Assembly: GCA_017504605.1 (NCBI GenBank)
Contig: JAFVQW010000030.1
Span: 26,956-90,955, forward strand
From: Clostridia bacterium
Lineage (GTDB): Bacteria; Bacillota; Clostridia; Oscillospirales; CAG-272
Direction: 5' to 3'
DNA: 64,000 nt
The notes under the pieces are model-generated. The model did not search any database. It saw only the letters and a list, made by a program, of their open reading frames with translations, and was not told the origin of the DNA. The position numbers were made by a program, and so were the translations under genes. Positions 26,398 through 36,403 of the stretch are shown here, one piece after another. The number at the start of each line of letters is the position of its first letter. Position 1 is the first letter of the stretch.

Positions 26398-27117
26398 TTA
26401 TATTTTTTCCTCTATTTTCTTTCTTAGTCGCTGCATTATCTTCTTTTCAAGACGTGATATGTAGCTCTGAGAGATGCCGAGGGCGTCGGCCACCTCCTTT
26501 TGTGTAAGCTCCTCGCCGCCCGAAAGTCCGTATCTCATTTCCACTATAACCCGCTCGCGCTCGTTTAACGTGGAGACCGCCTCGCGCACGATTAGGCGCT
26601 CCTCGTCCTCCTCCATATCGCGATAGACCACGTCGGCCTCGCTGCCGAGAATATCCGAGAGCAGAAGCTCGTTCCCGTCCCAATCAACACTAAGCGGCTC
26701 GTCGATTGAAATTGCTCTTTTTTGCACGGTGCTCTTCCTTAAATACATAAGTATTTCGTTCTCTATACACCGCGAGGCGTAGGTTGCGAGCTTTATATTC
26801 TTGTCGCACTTAAAGGTTGATACGGCCTTCATAAGCCCGACGGTGCCTATCGAAATAAGTTCCTCGATATTTGCACCCGTATTCTCAAACCTCTTGGCGA
26901 TATATGCCACAAGGCGCAGATTGTGCTCGACCAAACGCCGTCTGGCCTCGGGGCTATCTATCTGTTCTATCAGCCGCTCCTCCTCCTCGGTGGGAAGCGG
27001 CGGTGGGAGCGTTTCGCTACCGTTTATATAATAGCGCTCGGAAATATGGAAAATACGCGAAAGAAGGCTCTTAAACCTAAAAACGAGCCCCGAAAAGCCT
27101 TTATACAACATCTTCAA
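26398..27117 (-). CDS. sigE: Sporulation sigma factor E precursor (pro-sigma-E)
   Basis: Pro-sequence then [13 protein letters not shown] (B. subtilis has YYIGGSEALPPPL). Sigma-70 regions 2 and 4. Directly follows spoIIGA. Confidence 0.9.
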   Translation of the reverse strand: MKMLYKGFSGLVFRFKSLLSRIFHISERYYINGSETLPPPLPTEEEERLIEQIDSPEARRRLVEHNLRLVAYIAKRFENTGANIEELISIGTVGLMKAVSTFKCDKNIKLATYASRCIENEILMYLRKSTVQKRAISIDEPLSVDWDGNELLLSDILGSEADVVYRDMEEDEERLIVREAVSTLNERERVIVEMRYGLSGGEELTQKEVADALGISQSYISRLEKKIMQRLRKKIEEKI

Positions 27118-27961
27118 GTGCGGCCGACGGCAGAAGCAGCTCGTATCCGCCGTAGCTCCCTCCCTCTTTATCTATCGCAATAGTCACCTCAAGCTCGCTT
27201 TTTCCCCAACCGCCGATAGCGGTAACCCTGTCGGCACGCACGCCTGTCATAACGTGGGTTTCGCCTCCGCGGCTGACGGGAATCAGCCTTATACGCTTTC
27301 TGTAGTCGGAATCAAGGGCATCTATATTGTGAAGAGTTATTACGTTCTCGGGCAGCAGCCGCTCGGCAAATGACGGCTTCACAAAAAGAACCGGGTACAT
27401 ATTCATCGGGTCCTTAACAAGATTGCCCGTGTCGACAAGAGCATCGGCCTCGGCGCACCTTTCAGCAACAGATATAGAGATATGCACCGTTTTTTCATTT
27501 GAAAGATTTGAAAACAATAGTATCATCAGCTTAAACACCCCTATCGACAAAAGTATAATTAAGGAAAAAACAAGAGCGCTTCTGTTCTCAGCGCCCACGG
27601 CCGAGAAGCCCTCCTCGCCGATATAACGGTCAAGGAGCGAGTAGGCGGAATAAACCGTCCCGCCGATAACCACCTCGGAAATTACGTAAATAACAACGAA
27701 GCGAAGGCGCCTGAAAAAGCGCGCCTGCCCCGTAATCAGCCGCCCCGCGAGAAAAAGATAAAGAACACTTAGCAGTAAGGATATAAAAAGGGCCTCTATG
27801 AAGAGCACGTCGGCGAGCGCTACGAGGGCGCCGAGTGCCGAGATGGCAACAATCCGTCGTACACTTCCCCTGATTTTTGAAAACCTCAGCGCAATATGGG
27901 CCGCTAGTATATCGACCGTAAAATTAACAAGGAAGAATACGTCCACGTAAAGGGTCTGCAA
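27101..27961 (-). CDS. spoIIGA: Sigma-E processing peptidase SpoIIGA
   Basis: Five N-terminal TM segments and an aspartic protease motif ALVDTGN. TTG start after a GGAGGTG RBS. Confidence 0.85.
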   Translation of the reverse strand: MQTLYVDVFFLVNFTVDILAAHIALRFSKIRGSVRRIVAISALGALVALADVLFIEALFISLLLSVLYLFLAGRLITGQARFFRRLRFVVIYVISEVVIGGTVYSAYSLLDRYIGEEGFSAVGAENRSALVFSLIILLSIGVFKLMILLFSNLSNEKTVHISISVAERCAEADALVDTGNLVKDPMNMYPVLFVKPSFAERLLPENVITLHNIDALDSDYRKRIRLIPVSRGGETHVMTGVRADRVTAIGGWGKSELEVTIAIDKEGGSYGGYELLLPSAALEDVV

Positions 27962-27981
27962 GCGCCATCACCTCCAAAGGT

Positions 27982-28015
27982 ATTCTAACATAACGAGGGA
28001 GGCGCTTTTTGTCAA
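27982..28015 (-). promoter_or_regulatory. spoIIG-type promoter with an over-long spacer
   Basis: Minus strand TTGACA (28015-28010), 22-nt spacer, TAGAAT (27987-27982). TTTGACA is one mismatch from the reverse 0A box TTCGACA. Confidence 0.5.
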
Positions 28016-28028
28016 ATACTGACCGCGG

Positions 28029-28064
28029 AAAAATAAAAAAATGAGCAGGAATTTTCCTGCTCAT
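28029..28064 (-). terminator. Intrinsic terminator after the mrp-like gene
   Basis: Minus strand ATGAGCAGGAA..TTCCTGCTCAT followed by TTTTTTTATTTTT. Confidence 0.75.
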
Positions 28065-28077
28065 TTCGAGATCACCG

Positions 28078-28896
28078 TCAGGTGTTCTTCTCAATATAAT
28101 CTGCCGCTCTCTCCATATAATCGCCCTCGAAAAGCTCTATGACACCTTTATCGCAAAGCGATGCAAGCTCGGGGTCGATGGGAAGCTGTGCGAGAACCGC
28201 GGTGCCCTGTGCCTTGGCCATAGCCTCAATCTTACTCTCTCCGTAGGGGCGTATAACCTTACCGCAGTCGGGACATACGATATAGCTGTAGTTCTCGACA
28301 AGTCCGAGAACGCGAATATCCATAAGCGAAGCCATATTGACAGCCTTCTCGACTATCATAGAAACGAGCTCCTGGGGGCTCGTGACGATTACTATACCGT
28401 CAAGAGGAAGGCTCTGGAACACGGTAAGCGGAACGTCACCCGTTCCGGGAGGCATATCGACGAACATATAATCAACCTCGCCCCAGACGACCTCATTCCA
28501 GAACTGCTTAACCGTACCCGCAATCACGGGTCCGCGCCAAACAACAGGCTTGGTCTCATCGTCAACGAGAAGATTAAGGCTCATTACCTCAATTCCCGTC
28601 TTGGTCTTAGGGGGGAACATACCGAGCTCACTGCCCTCAACGCTACCCGACTTAAGTCCAAAGGACTTAGGAATAGAGGGGCCCGTGATGTCGGCATCAA
28701 GAATAGCCGTGCGATAGCCGCGGCGCTGCATCGTAACCGCGAGCATAGAGGTAACGAGCGACTTACCAACGCCGCCCTTTCCGCTAACGACACCGATTAC
28801 CTTTTTAACTCTGCTCGCGCTGTTGCCGGGCTCGATAAGGTCGGCCTTAGAGCACTTCGACGAGCAGGTCGAACAGTCGTGTGAACATTCTGCCAT
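28078..28896 (-). CDS. Mrp/NBP35/ApbC-family Fe-S cluster carrier ATPase
   Basis: Cys-rich N-terminus, deviant Walker A SGKGGVGKS, CPDCG motif. Confidence 0.9.
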   Translation of the reverse strand: MAECSHDCSTCSSKCSKADLIEPGNSASRVKKVIGVVSGKGGVGKSLVTSMLAVTMQRRGYRTAILDADITGPSIPKSFGLKSGSVEGSELGMFPPKTKTGIEVMSLNLLVDDETKPVVWRGPVIAGTVKQFWNEVVWGEVDYMFVDMPPGTGDVPLTVFQSLPLDGIVIVTSPQELVSMIVEKAVNMASLMDIRVLGLVENYSYIVCPDCGKVIRPYGESKIEAMAKAQGTAVLAQLPIDPELASLCDKGVIELFEGDYMERAADYIEKNT

Positions 28897-28915
28897 TTTT
28901 TATTCTCCGTTTTTC

Positions 28916-31204
28916 TTATAATGTGCTGATTTTCAATTTACCGCCCGAGGCTGAAACCGCAACTCCGAGAAGCGAGGTCGGGAATGCCTCAATCATTCTC
29001 TCGGCGACGGTGTCCTCAATCTCACGCTCGATAAATCTATTCATATTTCGTGCACCGAACTTCTCGGAATAGGACTTCTCTGCTATCACCTTAAGCGCCG
29101 CGGGGGTGTAGGTAAGCTTAATTCCCTTTTCCGAAAGATGTGCGGCGAGCTTATCAAGCATAATCGCGGCGATAGCCTCAAAGTCCTTCATATCGAGATG
29201 ACGGAAGGTGATAATCTCGTCAATTCGGTTGATAAACTCGGGGCGAAGGAAGGATAAAAGCGCCTTCTCGACGCGCTCCTTGTTCTGAAGCTCGCGGCTC
29301 TCCGCAAAGCCCGAAATAGAGCTCGAGCGCTCGCTTCCTGCGTTTGTAGTCATAATTATAATGGTGTTAGAGAAATTAATCTCTCGTCCCTGCGCATCGG
29401 TAATTCTGCCGTCGTCAAGAACCTGAAGAAGTATATTGAGGACGTCCTTATGAGCCTTCTCAATCTCGTCGAAGAGAATAACCGAATAGGGTCGTCTTCT
29501 GATTTTCTCGGTAAGCTGCCCTGCCTCGTCGTAGCCGACGTATCCGGGGGGCGAGCCTATAATCTTCGAGACAGAGTGCTTCTCCATAAACTCCGACATA
29601 TCAAGACGAATAAGCGACTCGGGCTGCTTAAAGAGGTCGGCGGCAAGCACCTTGACAAGCTCGGTCTTACCGACACCCGTGGGACCCGCAAATATCATCG
29701 AAACCGGGCTCTCGCGATAGGATACGCCCGTCCTCTTTCTCTTAACCGCACGGCAGACCGCACGTACGGCCTCGTCCTGACCTATTATACGGCTCGATAT
29801 GCGCTCGTATAGGCCCGTGAGGCTATCAAGCTCACCTACGCTTATCTCAGAGGCGGGTATTCCCGTCCAAACCTCGATAACGCGGAGCAGATCCGAAAGC
29901 TCAACGCGAAGCCCCTTGACTATACCGCGAAGCTCCTCAATACGGGTTTCGAGGCGGAGCCTCTCAACCTTCAGGTCGGCAAGCTCCTTATAATTGCTCT
30001 CGGTCTGACCCTCGGGCGACTGTACACGGCCCTCGAGCTCGGTAAGCTTACCGTCAAGCTCGGTAAGGCGAGCCTCACCCGCGCGGAGCTCGTGAAGCTC
30101 TCCCGAGGAAAGCGCGACCTTAGCCGCCGCCTCGTCGATAAGGTCAATCGCCTTGTCGGGAAGATGACGGTCGGTTATATACTTCTCGGAGAGTATCGCG
30201 GCACTGCGCGCGACGTCCTCGGAGATATTAACTCCGTGGAAGCTCTCGTAGTATTTCTTTATTCCCTTTATTATTTCAACGGTATCGGCAACGCTCGGCT
30301 CCTCAATCTTAACCGGCTGGAAGCGACGCTCAAGCGCACTGTCCTTCTCGATATACTTGCGGTATTCCTTAAGCGTGGTGGCACCGATAACGCGTATCTC
30401 GCCGCGCGAGAGCGCGGGCTTAAGAAGATTTGCCGCACTCATACTGCCGTCGGCGGTCTCGCCCGCGCCCGCAATATTGTGCACCTCGTCTATCATAAGA
30501 ATAATATTACCCGCCGCCTTAATCTCCTTTAAGAGACCGAGAATACGGGACTCGAACTGACCGCGGAACTGTGTGCCCGCGACAAGAGAGGTAAGGTCAA
30601 GCTGCCAAATCTCAAAGCCGGAGAGTGTCCCGGGAACGCGCCCCTCGACAATTCTCTTGGCAAGCTCCTCGGCAATCGCCGTCTTACCGACACCCGGCTC
30701 GCCTATGAGCGCGGGGTTATTTTTCTGTCGTCTTGAGAGAATCTGAATAATTCTCTCTATTTCACGGTCACGGCCGATGAGGCTGTCGATTTTCCCCGCT
30801 CTCGCCTTATCGTTGAGATTGGTGCAGTACATAGAAAGCATCTTCCTATCCTGCTTGTCCTCAGCGCGGCCCGCTTTCCCCTGTCCGCGGGGCTGCTCGC
30901 CGCCACCCTCTCTGCGCGACATACCAAAAAGCTCGGAGAGGTTAAGCGTGGGCGTTTTGCTGTCGCTCTCACCGCTCCCGTCGTCAACGAGCTCAGGAAG
31001 GCTCTCACCAAGATCGTTAATCATCGCCTCCATCTCGTTCTCGTCGATGCCCATTCTCTTCAGAATATCGTTCACGGGAGAAATACCTATCTCCCGTGCA
31101 CAGACGAGGCAAAGACCCTCGTTGACCTTATTGCCGTTGTCAAGGCGGGTAATAAAGACCATTGCGGGTCTCTTACCGCACCTTGCGCATTTTTGAAAAT
31201 TCAT
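28916..31204 (-). CDS. ClpC/ClpB-class double-AAA+ unfoldase with an N-terminal CxxC..CxxC zinc-ribbon-like segment
   Basis: Two Walker A motifs (GEPGVGKT, GPTGVGKT) and a short coiled-coil middle region. N-terminus CARCGK...CLVCA replaces the usual Clp_N repeats. Confidence 0.85.
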   Translation of the reverse strand: MNFQKCARCGKRPAMVFITRLDNGNKVNEGLCLVCAREIGISPVNDILKRMGIDENEMEAMINDLGESLPELVDDGSGESDSKTPTLNLSELFGMSRREGGGEQPRGQGKAGRAEDKQDRKMLSMYCTNLNDKARAGKIDSLIGRDREIERIIQILSRRQKNNPALIGEPGVGKTAIAEELAKRIVEGRVPGTLSGFEIWQLDLTSLVAGTQFRGQFESRILGLLKEIKAAGNIILMIDEVHNIAGAGETADGSMSAANLLKPALSRGEIRVIGATTLKEYRKYIEKDSALERRFQPVKIEEPSVADTVEIIKGIKKYYESFHGVNISEDVARSAAILSEKYITDRHLPDKAIDLIDEAAAKVALSSGELHELRAGEARLTELDGKLTELEGRVQSPEGQTESNYKELADLKVERLRLETRIEELRGIVKGLRVELSDLLRVIEVWTGIPASEISVGELDSLTGLYERISSRIIGQDEAVRAVCRAVKRKRTGVSYRESPVSMIFAGPTGVGKTELVKVLAADLFKQPESLIRLDMSEFMEKHSVSKIIGSPPGYVGYDEAGQLTEKIRRRPYSVILFDEIEKAHKDVLNILLQVLDDGRITDAQGREINFSNTIIIMTTNAGSERSSSISGFAESRELQNKERVEKALLSFLRPEFINRIDEIITFRHLDMKDFEAIAAIMLDKLAAHLSEKGIKLTYTPAALKVIAEKSYSEKFGARNMNRFIEREIEDTVAERMIEAFPTSLLGVAVSASGGKLKISTL

Positions 31205-31231
31205 TTAAAAATACCTGCTAACCTATTTTAA

Positions 31232-31924
31232 TTAGAAGCTAAGCAGTATCTCCAGCGGGCTGACGTTCTTAAAGAAGTTGTAAATAAATCCGCCACTGAA
31301 CTGCTGTACCCACGCTGCATCGTGAAGCACGGGGAGATGAATTACGAAATCGAACACTGCCGAAAGACCCCAGCAAGCAAGAAGAGCGAAGAAAAGTCCG
31401 CAAACACAGCCGAGTATCTTGTTAATCTTTCCTACAAGACCTCTGTTAACTGCCTTGTCAATAATAGCAAAGACGAGAGAGAGCAGAAGCTTCGATACGA
31501 TGTAAAGAAGGATTGCCGCGATAACGGCCGAGATAATGGCAACCACAGGCTCGGTAAGAGAGACGGTGATAGAGTGTACTATCTCCTCGGTGGTGGAGCC
31601 CGTCGCAACGCTGTCAACGCTGACACCGCAGGCACCCGCCGCAAACTTAACGAGCGGGGGAATCTGTGCGGAAACGTTGTCCGACGTAAGACCCGCGCAG
31701 GTCTCGAGAAGAACGCTCTCAAGCTTATTCGAGATAGGCTCGGACACAATGGGAGCCACGATGGCGTTGCCGACTGCGTTAGCGAGCGAAAGTGCAAGCA
31801 CAATAGCCAAAATCAGCTTAGCAGGCTTCGCAACAGTCTTAACGAATCCCATTTTGATACCAACTATAACGCCCCCGATAATGACAAGAGCGAGAACCAA
31901 ATCAACGATAATATTAACTGCCAT
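31232..31924 (-). CDS. CvpA-family membrane protein
   Basis: Multi-TM protein with a CvpA-like N-terminus (IIVDLVLALVIIGGVIVGIKMGFVK). Start taken at the ATG at 31924. Confidence 0.65.
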   Translation of the reverse strand: MAVNIIVDLVLALVIIGGVIVGIKMGFVKTVAKPAKLILAIVLALSLANAVGNAIVAPIVSEPISNKLESVLLETCAGLTSDNVSAQIPPLVKFAAGACGVSVDSVATGSTTEEIVHSITVSLTEPVVAIISAVIAAILLYIVSKLLLSLVFAIIDKAVNRGLVGKINKILGCVCGLFFALLACWGLSAVFDFVIHLPVLHDAAWVQQFSGGFIYNFFKNVSPLEILLSF

Positions 31925-32002
31925 ATCAAATACCTCACAAAATATTTTGTAAATCAATTATACATCAATAAAATTACTGTGTCAACCTTGATGTGTGAAA
32001 TT

Positions 32003-35000
32003 TTATTTTTTAACCACATTTTCCGATCCGAAGCTGTCGGCAAGACGGGCCAAAACCTCGGGTATGGCCGCGACGAGTGCCCCCTGCTTCACCGAATATT
32101 TACCCGTACTCATATCGTAAAGTGCTATCTGTGTTTTACCGGGATAAAAGGCACAAATTCTTTCAAGCGAGGAAATACGCGGGTCGGAAAGCGACGGAAC
32201 TCGAATATAAATCCTCTCGGTTAAGGGTTTCTGCTCGGCTTTTTCCTCTCGTTTTGGATTTTTATATTCGGAGTTGGGTGTGAGCGGCGTTAAGGACGAA
32301 AGAATAATCTCGGGAGCCTCTCCCTCGATGTGGGATATTCTTCCCTTAACCGAGACCGCGTTATCAACGAAGAGCTCGGAGGAAAGGGCGGCATACTGCT
32401 TCGCGAAGGCTATGACAACGATTTCCGCCGTTCTGTCTTCAAGAGTAATAAACGCCATTGTATCTCCGTTTTTAGTCTGCTTAGTCCTTTTCGCACTTAT
32501 TATACCCGCGACGGTGACCTCTGACTTATCGGCGTATTCGGCACTCTCGGTCGGATTTTCCTCGTCGAAGGCATCTATAATGTCGGAAATAACGTCGCAC
32601 CCAAGGTCTTCGACCTCGAATGAATAGTTATCAATCATATGCCCCGAGAAATACATTCCCGAGCTCTCCTTCTCAAGAAGCAAAAGCTCGCGCAGCGAGA
32701 ATTCGGGCAAGTCGGGATATTCAAAGCCCGATGCCGCGCCGCCTCCCCCGCCACCAAGCGAGAAGAGGTCCATCTGCCCTGAGACGTTCGCGCGGTGTCT
32801 GTCCTGCTCCGACTGAAGCAATCCCTCGTACGAGGCAAGAAGCGCGCTCCTTGTCACACCGAGTCTATCGAACACTCCGCACTTAATCAGAGATTCGAGA
32901 GTTCTCTTGTTTATATCGCTTCGCGCAAGGCGTACAACGAAATCCTGGAAGGACTTATACTCCCCACGAGAGCGCTCACGTACTACGGCATCAGCAAAAT
33001 TAACACCGACGTTGCGAATAGCAAGAAGGCCGAAGCGTATTCCGTCCTCACAAACCGTAAAGCTCCTGTCGGAAACGTTTATATCGGGTGCCATTACCGA
33101 AACACCGAGCTTATGTGCATCGGCTATATACTTTTTCAGCTTTGTGGGGCTATCGAGAACGCTCGTAAGAAGCGCGGCGTAATACTCTGCGGGATAATGC
33201 GCCTTAAGGTAGGCCGTTCTGTAGGAAATAATACCGTACGCCGTCGCGTGGCTCTTATTAAAGGCATAAGCGGCAAAGGACTGCATTTTCTCGAATATGT
33301 CCTCGGCGCTCTCCTTGTCTATGCCTCGCTCGGCACAGCCTGAAATAAAGTCGTCTCTTTCGGCAAGCATCTCCGCCGCCTTTTTCTTCGACATCGCGCG
33401 GCGAACTATATCCGCCCTTGCATAGGTGTAGCCCGCAAGAAGACGGCATATTTGCATTACCTGCTCCTGATATACTATGCAGCCGTAGGTAACGTCGAGG
33501 ATTTCACGGAGAGCCTCTATACGGTAGGTTATCGGCTCGCGCCCCCACTTACGCTCTATGAAGCTGTCAATCGAGCTCATAGGTCCGGGGCGGTAAAGAG
33601 CGATACATGCGATAACGTCCTCAAGGCTCGAGGGCTCAAGGCGCATAAGCACCTGCTTCATACCTCCCGACTCGAGCTGGAAAATGCCGTCGGTTCTTCC
33701 CTCGCGCAGAAGCTTGAAGGTCGCCGCGTCGTCAAGCGGAATTCTTTCAATATCAAAATCGGGAAAGCGCCGTCTAACCTCTCGCTCGGCATCGGAAATA
33801 ACGGTTATATAGCGAAGTCCGAGAAAGTCGAACTTGACAAGCCCGAGCTTGGCATCGGTGTTCATATCGAACTGAGTGACAATTCCCGTTCCGCTATAGG
33901 AAAGCGGGACGTATTCATAGGTCGGCTTCTCGGTCATTACAACGCCTGCGGCGTGTGTCGAGGCGTGCCTCGGCATACCCTCGATGCCACGGCTGACGTC
34001 AATCAGACGGCGAACCTCGGCGTCGTCAAGGTACATTGCGCGCAGCTCCTTTGCCGACAGTGCGGAGTCTATTGTCGGCGCCATGTGCGGTATCAGCTTC
34101 GCCACCGTATCAACCTTGCCGTACGGCATACCGAGCGCACGGCCGACGTCGCGCACGGCCGCACGCGGAGCGAGCGTTCCGAAGGTGACTATCTGCGCAA
34201 CCTTATCCTCTCCGTATTTTCTCTTGACGTAGTCGATAACCTCCTCACGCCTGTTGTAGCAGAAATCTATATCGAAATCCGGCATCGAGACTCTCTCGGG
34301 GTTCAGGAATCGCTCGAAGAGCAAATCAAAGGCCAAGGGGTCTACGTCGGTTATATCGATACAAAATGCGACAAGACTTCCCGCGCCCGAGCCTCTGCCG
34401 GGGCCCACGGGAATTTTACTCGATTTTGCATAACGCACGAAGTCGCTGACAATCAGGAAGTAGGCGTTAAAGCCCATTTTATCTATCACCGAAAGCTCGT
34501 ATTCTATTCTGTCAAGATACACGCTCTCGGGATTTTTTTGAAAATCAAATCTGCCCGCCGCACGCCTTTCATTAAAGCCGCGATAGGTCTTCTCACAGAG
34601 CTCGGTCTTATGGTCGAGACCGCCCTCGGCCTGAAAGTCGGGCAAATGAAGCTTATCAAATTCAAAATCAAAATTGCATCTATCTGCAATCAGGACGGTG
34701 TTATCAACGGCTCCCGGGAAGGCCGCAAAGAGCTCGCGCATCTCGCTCTCGGTCTTAAAGTAAAACTCGTCGGTCTCAAAGCCGAAGGGCCTGCCGTCGG
34801 TTATGACGTTACCCGTCTGAACACACATAAGTATCGCCTGTGTGTCGGCATCGCTCTTTTCAAGATAGTGAACGTCGTTCGTTGCGACAAGAGGTATTCC
34901 CTGCTTTTCCGAAATGAGCTTCAGCCCAAAGGCCACACGGCGCTCCTCGTCGAGCCCGTGATTTTGCACCTCGAGGAAGAAATCCTCACCGAAAATGTCC

Positions 35001-35488
35001 TTCATCTCGCAGGCATACTCCTCTGCCTCGGGCATGCTGCCCGCGAGGATAAGCTGAGGTATTTTACCGCCGACACAGCCCGAGAGAGCTATAAGCCCCT
35101 CACTGTGCTTATGAAGAAGCTCCATATCTATTCTCGGCTTCGAATAAAAGCCGTCGATGAAGCTCATAGATACCATATAGCAAAGGTTCTTATATCCAAC
35201 CGCGTTCTTGCAAAGCAGAACAAGGTGATGCCCCGAGCTGTCAGCGCGCCCGTCCTTCATAAGTCGGGAGCGCGGTGCTACGTAGACCTCGCAGCCGATA
35301 ATGGGCTTCACGCCCTTTTTCTTAAGCTCGGTGTAAAATTCAACCGCACCGTACATAACGCCGTGGTCGGTAATCGCAACGGCGCTCTGTCCGTCGGAGA
35401 GCGCCTTATCCGCAATGGTGGATATACGCGTTGCTCCGTCAAGAAGGCTGTATTCTGTATGAAGATGTAAATGCACAAATCCGCTCAT
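32003..35488 (-). CDS. dnaE: DNA polymerase III alpha subunit (DnaE type)
   Basis: PHP N-terminus FVHLHLHTEYSLLDGA, 1161 aa. GGAGAG RBS precedes the ATG at 35488. Confidence 0.95.
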   Translation of the reverse strand: MSGFVHLHLHTEYSLLDGATRISTIADKALSDGQSAVAITDHGVMYGAVEFYTELKKKGVKPIIGCEVYVAPRSRLMKDGRADSSGHHLVLLCKNAVGYKNLCYMVSMSFIDGFYSKPRIDMELLHKHSEGLIALSGCVGGKIPQLILAGSMPEAEEYACEMKDIFGEDFFLEVQNHGLDEERRVAFGLKLISEKQGIPLVATNDVHYLEKSDADTQAILMCVQTGNVITDGRPFGFETDEFYFKTESEMRELFAAFPGAVDNTVLIADRCNFDFEFDKLHLPDFQAEGGLDHKTELCEKTYRGFNERRAAGRFDFQKNPESVYLDRIEYELSVIDKMGFNAYFLIVSDFVRYAKSSKIPVGPGRGSGAGSLVAFCIDITDVDPLAFDLLFERFLNPERVSMPDFDIDFCYNRREEVIDYVKRKYGEDKVAQIVTFGTLAPRAAVRDVGRALGMPYGKVDTVAKLIPHMAPTIDSALSAKELRAMYLDDAEVRRLIDVSRGIEGMPRHASTHAAGVVMTEKPTYEYVPLSYSGTGIVTQFDMNTDAKLGLVKFDFLGLRYITVISDAEREVRRRFPDFDIERIPLDDAATFKLLREGRTDGIFQLESGGMKQVLMRLEPSSLEDVIACIALYRPGPMSSIDSFIERKWGREPITYRIEALREILDVTYGCIVYQEQVMQICRLLAGYTYARADIVRRAMSKKKAAEMLAERDDFISGCAERGIDKESAEDIFEKMQSFAAYAFNKSHATAYGIISYRTAYLKAHYPAEYYAALLTSVLDSPTKLKKYIADAHKLGVSVMAPDINVSDRSFTVCEDGIRFGLLAIRNVGVNFADAVVRERSRGEYKSFQDFVVRLARSDINKRTLESLIKCGVFDRLGVTRSALLASYEGLLQSEQDRHRANVSGQMDLFSLGGGGGGAASGFEYPDLPEFSLRELLLLEKESSGMYFSGHMIDNYSFEVEDLGCDVISDIIDAFDEENPTESAEYADKSEVTVAGIISAKRTKQTKNGDTMAFITLEDRTAEIVVIAFAKQYAALSSELFVDNAVSVKGRISHIEGEAPEIILSSLTPLTPNSEYKNPKREEKAEQKPLTERIYIRVPSLSDPRISSLERICAFYPGKTQIALYDMSTGKYSVKQGALVAAIPEVLARLADSFGSENVVKK

Positions 35489-35509
35489 TGTCCGCTCTCC
35501 TTTCATAAA

Positions 35510-36400
35510 TTAAGTATTTCCCAAATTGCCGCTAAGTATAGCCACGGCAAGCTCTGTAATTTTCTTAAGTCTGTGCGATAGCCCGGACTTCGATATATGC
35601 GGCGTGATAAGCGCCGCAAGCTGCGAAAGCGAAAGGTCGCTATGCTTCATTCGCAGTCTCGCAGTTTCGGCAAGCTCGTCCGGCAGCTGCGAGAAGAGCC
35701 CGCGCCGCTCAAGCTCGGATAAAAGCTCAATCCGGTGCATTGAGCTCGAGACGGCACGGTCTATATTATTGAGCTCGCAGTTAGATACGCGGTTGGCGTT
35801 ATTGCGAAGCTCTCTCTGTATCTTTGCATCCATAAGTGCGAAGGCCGTCTGGTTCATTCCCGCAAGCGCGAAAAAGTCCTCAAGCTGCTCGCTTTTCTTG
35901 AAATACACAACTCTCTCGTTTTTCTTAACCGACAGTCTCGGAACAAGTCCGAGCTCGGAAAACAACTGCATAAACCGCTCGGTCGCGCCCTTAAGCGAAA
36001 ACTCAAGGCTGTACTGCTTTTCGGGGTCGGCTATGCGCCCCGCGGCGAAGAAGGCACCGCGTAAAAATGCGGCAGCGCATTGCTTGCATTTTGAGGGTAT
36101 CCCGACCTCACCGTTAAGGAAGGATAGGACAAATCGCGATGCCGACTGCGAGGTGAAGGAAACAATCCTGCACCGTCCACCCTTCTCTGAGGTTGAAATC
36201 TCGGGCTTTACAGAGTATAAGCCCTCGGCAAGCGTAGCAATATATTCGGCAGAGGCCGCGCTATCGGTGGAAATCCGAAGCCTCTCGCCCTCGAGCTCGG
36301 CGCGAGCGGCAAGAATACCCTGCATATGCGCCCGTCGGCAGCACACGCTTTTTATGAATACTGCGGCAATCGCCGCCTTCTGCTCGCCGGAAAAGGACAT
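35510..36400 (-). CDS. whiA: DNA-binding protein WhiA
   Basis: 296 aa. WhiA-like N-terminus and a C-terminal HTH (LSQLAALI..ISKSGLSHRLKKI). Confidence 0.85.
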   Translation of the reverse strand: MSFSGEQKAAIAAVFIKSVCCRRAHMQGILAARAELEGERLRISTDSAASAEYIATLAEGLYSVKPEISTSEKGGRCRIVSFTSQSASRFVLSFLNGEVGIPSKCKQCAAAFLRGAFFAAGRIADPEKQYSLEFSLKGATERFMQLFSELGLVPRLSVKKNERVVYFKKSEQLEDFFALAGMNQTAFALMDAKIQRELRNNANRVSNCELNNIDRAVSSSMHRIELLSELERRGLFSQLPDELAETARLRMKHSDLSLSQLAALITPHISKSGLSHRLKKITELAVAILSGNLGNT

Positions 36401-36403
36401 AGC

